From a virus, in the IMG/VR virus record IMGVR_UViG_3300045741_000623, positions 1-64,000 of that record: a stretch of 64,000 nt of DNA. The stretch is one strand, 5' to 3'. The position numbers and the translations under genes are program-made. The notes under the pieces were generated by a model that searched no databases, was not told the DNA's origin, and saw nothing but the letters and a program-made list of their open reading frames with translations. This document shows positions 58,542-64,000 of this stretch, in pieces (the stretch's first letter is position 1; each line of letters starts with the position of its first letter).

Positions 58542-59702
58542 ATGGATGAACGTCTCGGACTTCCTTCCGCCTCCAGTTTCTATGCCGACGCACTTTGCCC
58601 GGGACGCCAGAATCTCATTGCCGCATTGCGGTTGGAACAACCGGAGGTTGACGAGTCCAGCGCGGATCCGATCGCCGCGCGCGGCACGAAGATTCACAAG
58701 GCATTCGAGACGGACATGGTCTTCGATCTCACCCCGGACGAACTGGTCGCCTACCAAAACGGGCTCAAGTTAAAGGAGCAGTTGCTTCGGGAATGGATTC
58801 AAGACTTCGGGATAACCACCTACGAAGAAGGACCTCGGGAAGCACGGTTCTGGTTGCATCATCCGGATAACTTGTCGCCGCTGCTTTCGGGACAGTTGGA
58901 CGTTCATTACCTGTCCCGTTTTAGTGGCCATATGTTAGTAATTGACTACAAGACATCTACGGGTCGCTCCGCCGCCCCAGCAAACCGGAACTGGCAGGGC
59001 CGGATTCAAGCGCTTCTCGGAGCCAAAGAATACGACGGCATCAAGCATGTCCGATTTGCGCTTATCAAGCCGGAAGCTTTCGGGCGGCAGATCGACACTG
59101 TGGATTTCACCGCGTTCACGTTGGACCAAATCGAGCGCTCGGTTTATCAGGTGCTTTGGAACTCGCAGCAGCCAGATGCGCCAACGATTGCCGGCGATCA
59201 TTGCCGCTATTGCCCGGCCAAGGCGCAATGCAAAGCGGCGTTGACCTGGGCGATGCAGCCGATTCCCTATCTCGAAGTCGTTCCGCAGAGTAACGGGTCG
59301 CTGACGAAGAAAGACGTCACGGAGATCGTCAACCGAGCGCCGGTGGAAGCTTTACGCGAAGTTTTCGCCAAGCGTTCGGTGCTGAAATACATCATGGACG
59401 CCGTTGCCGCACGGCTCGCAGCATTGCCCGAGGACGAACAGTATCGGCTGGAATTGAAACTCAATCTCGGGCGATCGGCGGATTACATTCGCGACACCAA
59501 AGCCGCTTACGACGCGCTTTTGGCGGCTGGGTTCTCCGAGTCGGACTTGTTCGAGTGCTTGAGTTTCCGGAAGGCGGATTTGGTGAGGCTCTACCAGCGC
59601 TGGCGGAACTGCCGCGACGCAGAAGCCGAAGCCTGGTACGAAAGCCAGATGGACGAATTCATCGAACGCGTTCGCGGGAATCCGGTACTGGCAGAAGCGT
59701 AA
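58542..59702 (+). CDS. PD-(D/E)xK Cas4/RecB-like exonuclease (DUF2800-like)
   Basis: 386 aa. N-terminal Cys (ADALCPGRQ). GQLDVHYLSRFSGHMLVIDYKTSTG has the D ... hhh-D-Y-K nuclease core. C-terminal GDHCRYCPAKAQCKAAL three-Cys cluster is typical of Cas4-type Fe-S nucleases. Confidence 0.7.
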   Translation: MDERLGLPSASSFYADALCPGRQNLIAALRLEQPEVDESSADPIAARGTKIHKAFETDMVFDLTPDELVAYQNGLKLKEQLLREWIQDFGITTYEEGPREARFWLHHPDNLSPLLSGQLDVHYLSRFSGHMLVIDYKTSTGRSAAPANRNWQGRIQALLGAKEYDGIKHVRFALIKPEAFGRQIDTVDFTAFTLDQIERSVYQVLWNSQQPDAPTIAGDHCRYCPAKAQCKAALTWAMQPIPYLEVVPQSNGSLTKKDVTEIVNRAPVEALREVFAKRSVLKYIMDAVAARLAALPEDEQYRLELKLNLGRSADYIRDTKAAYDALLAAGFSESDLFECLSFRKADLVRLYQRWRNCRDAEAEAWYESQMDEFIERVRGNPVLAEA

Positions 59703-59703
59703 G

Positions 59704-60585
59704 TTACGAAAGATCAGCAGTCGCCGTCACAGTTTCAATTTGTTCGATGGCCGGGCGCGCGGGTTCGGTTCGTTTGTGGCCGAGGCATCGAGCGCACATA
59801 TCAAGCTTCACTTTTCCGCTAATCGCCTCTTTCCGTATCCGAGCAAACTTCTCTGAACGCCAAATTTCCATGAGGCTAGCATTGTGAATATTCCCCATGA
59901 TGGGTTTGCCCAAGGTCGTCTGGCAGCAAAGCAGAACGTCGCCAGTAGCTCGGATGGTCAAGGAATTTGCCAACCAAATACATCGGCGATGACGTCGATG
60001 ACTTGGGACATTCACTCGACCGCTCCAGTTCGTAAGCCAGTTGGCACCGTCGATGACGCCGCGAAACGTAATCCAACGCCCAAAATCCGCGCGCAATTCC
60101 TGCAAGTTACGCATCCACGCCGCGCTGCTCGGTGGATGCTGCGTAACAGTGATGTTGTTCATTCCAGCCGCAATGAGTGATTTCATTCGCGTTGGCGTCA
60201 AGGCATCTGCGTTGCTGTAAACTCTGGGTAGTGAATGGGGCAAACGCTGCTTTGTTCTCGCGATGAAGTACTCAAGCCGCTCATCCAACAATGGCTCGTT
60301 AAGAAAATGATAGGTAACGACGCCGTTCCACCTAATTTCCTCCAGGCGATCCAAACAACGTTCAAAAACTCCGGCTGGCATCTTTGATTTTGGCTGGGGC
60401 GCAACTGAGTTCGCACAATAAACGCAGGAACGATTGCAATGGGAGTGCGTCTCAATGGCGATGCTACGAGGAAAGTGGCGTTCACCGTACTTCAACTGGT
60501 GCTTCACCTCAAACCAGTATCGAGTTAAGTGATCTGCCACCGGGACAGGCAATGCAAAATTTGCAAGGTGCGATAAGGACATCAT
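59704..60585 (-). CDS. radical SAM protein with SPASM-like C-terminal Cys cluster
   Basis: 293 aa. IAIETHSHCNRSCVYCANS (CxxxCxxC). C-terminal CIWL...GDVLLCCQT...GNIHNASLMEIW...LDMCARC. Its stop is 1 nt from the convergent + gene stop. Confidence 0.75.
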   Translation of the reverse strand: MMSLSHLANFALPVPVADHLTRYWFEVKHQLKYGERHFPRSIAIETHSHCNRSCVYCANSVAPQPKSKMPAGVFERCLDRLEEIRWNGVVTYHFLNEPLLDERLEYFIARTKQRLPHSLPRVYSNADALTPTRMKSLIAAGMNNITVTQHPPSSAAWMRNLQELRADFGRWITFRGVIDGANWLTNWSGRVNVPSHRRHRRCIWLANSLTIRATGDVLLCCQTTLGKPIMGNIHNASLMEIWRSEKFARIRKEAISGKVKLDMCARCLGHKRTEPARPAIEQIETVTATADLS

Positions 60586-60599
60586 AGGAATGGTGGGAG

Positions 60600-61022
60600 T
60601 TACGGCACCGCGCCGCCCGCCATCATCCCGTCCACGATCGCAATCGTCACCGGTTTAAGTTGTTCGGCACGGATAATATCCACGTTGGACCAACCCGCCG
60701 CCGCAACGGTAATGCGCGCGCCGCCGATGATGAGTTGCGCCTTTGAACTCTTGAGCTTCTTGACCGGGAGTTGATCCAAAATCGCAAACAAACGTTCCAC
60801 CGTAATGTCTGGTTGCGCGGCCAGCGTCAACAGTTCACTTTCCACCTTCAGGAAAGTTGTCTTGGATTCGGGCTTCTGAATCAGGGCGAGTTGAGTGCCA
60901 ACCGTTGCCGCTTCTTTGACGGTCGCGACGATCCTGGGCACGTCCGGTACGGTTTTGCCAGCTTGATTGGTGGTACACGCCGAAAAAGCGAGCGCGCAGA
61001 TAAGAATCAGTATTTGTTTCAT
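60600..61022 (-). CDS. lipoprotein
   Basis: 140 aa. Signal peptide MKQILILICALAFSAC with a lipobox-like FSAC followed by TTNQ. Confidence 0.6.
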   Translation of the reverse strand: MKQILILICALAFSACTTNQAGKTVPDVPRIVATVKEAATVGTQLALIQKPESKTTFLKVESELLTLAAQPDITVERLFAILDQLPVKKLKSSKAQLIIGGARITVAAAGWSNVDIIRAEQLKPVTIAIVDGMMAGGAVP

Positions 61023-61297
61023 GGTTCAGTTTTTGTTGGTGTGGTTTCGGTTTCAACTCCGGGCAAATGACCGGATGAAAGTTGAGCGATACTGCGGTCA
61101 AAGTAAGCAATCAATGTGGACCCGGTGACAGCGAGACAGCCGATGGCGGTTTGCAACCAATCCCCCCAACCAAGCTTGGAGATGTCGAGGTTCGCGGTTG
61201 CCGTGATCCAACAACCCCAGGCGGTGCTCAGGCAATACAATGACATCCTAATCACCACGAGCCGCTTTAGGAATTTGCCATTCATAGTTTTCGTCAC
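61019..61297 (-). CDS. small membrane protein (two hydrophobic segments, holin-like topology)
   Basis: 92 aa. LVVIRMSLYCLSTAWGCWITA and WLQTAIGCLAVTGSTLIAYF. 4-nt overlap with the lipoprotein gene downstream. Confidence 0.45.
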   Translation of the reverse strand: MTKTMNGKFLKRLVVIRMSLYCLSTAWGCWITATANLDISKLGWGDWLQTAIGCLAVTGSTLIAYFDRSIAQLSSGHLPGVETETTPTKTEP

Positions 61298-61325
61298 TCC
61301 TGCGTTGGTTCAAGTTTTTCCTTTT

Positions 61326-62117
61326 TTAGGACTTCATTCCAGTCAACTTCAATTTTACCGCATTCCAAAATGCCAAAGCCGGATTCAAGGTGTAATACGG
61401 TTTTCCTGTTTTCAGCACCCCATGAAATCCAAAGCTCTGACTCGGCTTCCAGAACGGATAATCTTCAATTGGATATTCCGTACACCATTTCATCGCTACG
61501 GCAACCGGAGCAAATCTGCAACCCAGCGCTTCAAGTTGTTTGTGATAGACTCGCGATGTGCAGATGTCCTCTTGCCAGTAATCGTCTGGTGAGTAATCTA
61601 TACTAGCTGTTGCTTCCAAAAACTTCTTACTCCGAAACGAAAATCCACCGCCGCCCACTCGACGAGCCATCGAACCTCGCATAAATAAAGTCGCCCACAA
61701 AGGCCACGGAGCACCAATGTAGTCCCACTGTAGAAACTCATTCGTCCAAGCTTTTTCACAGGTTGCATGGCCATCGGATTGAACGATGATTACGGCGTCG
61801 GTCGTGATGTAATTGACCAATCGTTTGACGGTCCACTCACCTAGTCGCGTAAATGCCTGCTTCCGTCCATCACCCCAATCATAGTCTTGGACCCACTCAA
61901 TGTCTGGATTCCTTGGGGGAGTCGGCGAGATCATCAGCATCTTGCACTTGAAGGGAATTCGCTCGCAGGTTTGCAGCATCGCCTGTTCGTGTCGGGGGAT
62001 ATTACGATTTGCCAATGCCACGACCGTTATCGTGCCGGCTGGTGACGAAGCATAGGCTTCCCACTTTCTTCGCATGGTGTCCACGTAGTCAATCGTTGGT
62101 TTCATTCTCCAGATCAA
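61326..62117 (-). CDS. DUF5672-like (GT-A-related) protein
   Basis: 263 aa. VIIVQSDGH ... LQWDYIGAPWPLW ... RRVGGGGFSFRSKKFLE matches the yDYIGAPW ... GNGGfSLRs signature I associate with DUF5672. The start could be one of the internal Met codons. Confidence 0.5.
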   Translation of the reverse strand: MIWRMKPTIDYVDTMRRKWEAYASSPAGTITVVALANRNIPRHEQAMLQTCERIPFKCKMLMISPTPPRNPDIEWVQDYDWGDGRKQAFTRLGEWTVKRLVNYITTDAVIIVQSDGHATCEKAWTNEFLQWDYIGAPWPLWATLFMRGSMARRVGGGGFSFRSKKFLEATASIDYSPDDYWQEDICTSRVYHKQLEALGCRFAPVAVAMKWCTEYPIEDYPFWKPSQSFGFHGVLKTGKPYYTLNPALAFWNAVKLKLTGMKS

Positions 62118-62607
62118 GCAAAGTTGCCATCATCAGCAGCGGAGACACGAAGAACGCCACAGGATAAATTAGCATCCACTTTGATTCATAGGGATCAACT
62201 CGCCCCAGCAGACACCCAATCAATAGACCAAAACAGGCAACCGTGAAAATGATGTTCAATGCAAGAATCCGAAACCGCATGGTCTTAAAAACCAACAGCA
62301 CGATCCCCACCACCGCTGCCAGTGCGAAAGCGATTTGAGGATGCCATAACAACACCCTCAAACCCGTTGACCACGGTGATGTCCTTGGTCCTTCCAAGCC
62401 AACATGATTCAAGTCTGACCATACGGCTATCGCACTCGTGTCGGGATTCATCGCTTGGGATACATTGACCCCAAGAGGACCGTCGTTGGAGAACACCACG
62501 AGGTTTTTTTTAAGCGGGAAGAGGGGGCCAAGCTGGTGCTTAAACTCGCACAAAAAGAGAGCCAGTCCCAGCCACCATGCAACAATAATAATGCGTGCGA
62601 TTAACAT
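62089..62607 (-). CDS. polytopic membrane protein
   Basis: I prefer the ATG at 62607 (MLIARIIIVAWWLGLALFL...) over the track start at 62691. At least five hydrophobic segments. Confidence 0.5.
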   Translation of the reverse strand: MLIARIIIVAWWLGLALFLCEFKHQLGPLFPLKKNLVVFSNDGPLGVNVSQAMNPDTSAIAVWSDLNHVGLEGPRTSPWSTGLRVLLWHPQIAFALAAVVGIVLLVFKTMRFRILALNIIFTVACFGLLIGCLLGRVDPYESKWMLIYPVAFFVSPLLMMATLLDLENETND

Positions 62608-62834
62608 TGTTGGCCCCTGGTTGTGAACATGCAATACAGATACACGGACACGACATACAGCGTCAGGCCCACGGCTACCGGCCCGGCCCAAATGTTGTCG
62701 GGGTCGTTTGCGGACATCGCCATGAACTGCACGGCGAGCGCCATCGCTGGAAATGCCAGCAGAACAACCGCAAGCGGGATCAGTTCACTTTTGGTCATAA
62801 TTAGTGCTCCAATGGCGAGCCTTCCGTTGGCCAA
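62601..62834 (-). CDS. small membrane protein
   Basis: 77 aa. Two to three hydrophobic segments (LIPLAVVLLAFPAMALAVQFMAM; GPVAVGLTLYVVSVYLYCMF). Confidence 0.45.
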   Translation of the reverse strand: MANGRLAIGALIMTKSELIPLAVVLLAFPAMALAVQFMAMSANDPDNIWAGPVAVGLTLYVVSVYLYCMFTTRGQQC

Positions 62835-63039
62835 TCGCAGTCCAATAATCGCACGGACAATCTTTTGAGGAAATCACACATCAAGTTCGGTGTCTTTTGT
62901 TTGTTCGCCTAAGACCCCTTTTGAGCGCGCGCATTTTGAGGTAGGAATCCGTTCCAACACAGACAATCTTCGACTTCAACAATTCCCGCGTCAACTGCCG
63001 AATTCGTTGTTGCAAGTAACGGTGCATAGAGAGACCAGA

Positions 63040-63315
63040 CTATGGTCGTCGCAGCATCAAAATTGCATCATGGTTTACCTGAAGCTCTTTTTTGATGAAG
63101 CTCAATTCGGATTTTATATCCGTTATGTCCTGCTGGTAATTATCCTTAAACCACCGGGGCGGATATTCTGATGGCATCCGGGCTTTTGTCTCCGCAAGGT
63201 CCGTTCGGAGACTTCCGATCGCGTTCAACGCCCAGGATGAAATGCCAAGTGAGATGCACACCAAAACGTTGCACGCGTACAACGCGGCATCCTTCCAAAA
63301 GGTTTTGTCGTTCAT
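63040..63315 (-). CDS. small membrane protein with coiled-coil-like tail
   Basis: 91 aa. Hydrophobic AALYACNVLVCISLGISSWAL, then DITDIKSELSFIKKELQVN. 4-nt overlap with the upstream gene. Confidence 0.45.
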   Translation of the reverse strand: MNDKTFWKDAALYACNVLVCISLGISSWALNAIGSLRTDLAETKARMPSEYPPRWFKDNYQQDITDIKSELSFIKKELQVNHDAILMLRRP

Positions 63316-64000
63316 CGTCCGATCCTCAAAGTTCGGTAGGTTTTAGTTGGGGTTACTTGTTTCACAAATTCTTGCATCGCCTCGCTCCAAACCGCCGCCG
63401 ATGCGTTAGAATTATAGTACGCCTGGTTGTAGCTCAAGCTGTTTGTCCTGCCGGCTGGCCCATTGGGCGAATTGAAAATAACCGGCAACTGCATGTCATA
63501 CACGATCCGTCCTGATTTCACCGCGTCAGTCGTGTTGGACACGTAGATCGCCCATTCAGTTAGCATAACCTTTGGCCATGTCGGATAATTGGTGCGCAGA
63601 TAATTTGTAAAGCTTCGCATCCACTGAATGCGAGCCGTAAAGTTTGTCCAGCCCGGAGGATTCTGGTCCGGGTGATAGTAGTCAGTTTCTTGCCATGGCG
63701 GGTAACTTACAACACCCTGACCGGGAACGTGCGAGTAATCGTGCATTATCAACCCATCGTAGTTCGTCAACGAAACCATCGTGTTCGTCATATACGAGAT
63801 ACTGTAATCGTTCAACCACGCTGGCCCCAGCAATGGTTTATTGGTGACGGCGGCGCGAAACAAAAGCGTCGTCGAATTTGCGATGGAATAATTCGTTTCT
63901 TCGTTAATCGGGATCACCGCCGCAATCAACGGATAGCGCGCGAGTATCTGAGGCACAAAACTCGCAATCGCATTCGTCGGCACGCCGTAGATTCCCCAAA
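63312..64000 (-). CDS. glycoside-hydrolase-like protein (partial; 5' end beyond window)
   Basis: The frame stays open to nt 64000 (...WGIYG-V-PTNAIASF), so the GTG at 63983 is probably not the true start. KVMLTEWAIY resembles a TIM-barrel GH nucleophile strand. Asn/Tyr/Trp-rich, as in carbohydrate-active proteins. Weak assignment. Confidence 0.3.
   Translation of the reverse strand, partial: WGIYGVPTNAIASFVPQILARYPLIAAVIPINEETNYSIANSTTLLFRAAVTNKPLLGPAWLNDYSISYMTNTMVSLTNYDGLIMHDYSHVPGQGVVSYPPWQETDYYHPDQNPPGWTNFTARIQWMRSFTNYLRTNYPTWPKVMLTEWAIYVSNTTDAVKSGRIVYDMQLPVIFNSPNGPAGRTNSLSYNQAYYNSNASAAVWSEAMQEFVKQVTPTKTYRTLRIGR

Noticed and set aside
59690-59720. Prophage/host boundary at the convergent junction near 59.7 kb.
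   Set aside because: There is no att-like repeat or integrase here. The minus-strand genes beyond it show the same 4-nt overlap packing and phage-like content (holin-like and membrane mini-proteins). This cannot be excluded without flanking sequence.

Overview
The whole 64-kb window reads as one contiguous piece of a tailed dsDNA phage or prophage genome. GC is roughly mid-50s % by eye. The host is unknown, but a Gram-negative-type lipobox lipoprotein is present. I count about 95 protein-coding genes. I find no rRNA, no canonical tRNA, no CRISPR array and no IS/transposase. I also recognise no terminase, portal, major capsid or replicative DNA polymerase, so the genome probably continues beyond the window. 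Layout: (i) 54-11809 (+): virion/adhesin-type proteins, then a glycosyltransferase/methyltransferase block that includes a polypeptide-GalNAc-transferase-like enzyme. (ii) 11761-26218 (-): small Zn/DNA-binding genes, an Acb2/Tad1-like candidate, and an ejection-protein-like block dominated by one 3,306-aa ORF with internal tyrosine-recombinase-like and ParB-like domains. (iii) 26521-41480 (+): ParB-like protein, SF2 helicase, Toprim primase-like protein, minimal Pol X, nucleases, an interrupted-collagen tail fibre, a second sugar-modification block, a DHH phosphoesterase, and Lar-like and Dam-like genes. (iv) 41620-43693: about 2 kb with no convincing CDS, holding an intrinsic terminator, a tRNA-like T-arm/acceptor/CCA element and a G-depleted tract. 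(v) 43694-44131 (-): an HTH regulator that faces block (vi). (vi) 44343-59702 (+): about 45 small early-type genes, including a Ycf46-like AAA+ ATPase, a DUF1257/DUF2997-like pair, and an annealing-protein candidate with a Cas4-like exonuclease. (vii) 59704-64000 (-): radical SAM/SPASM protein, lipoprotein, membrane proteins, a DUF5672-like protein and a partial glycoside-hydrolase-like gene. Packing is extremely tight, with more than 40 four-nt ATGA/GTGA start-stop overlaps. All family calls are by-eye motif recognition from memory; no searches or folding programs were run.
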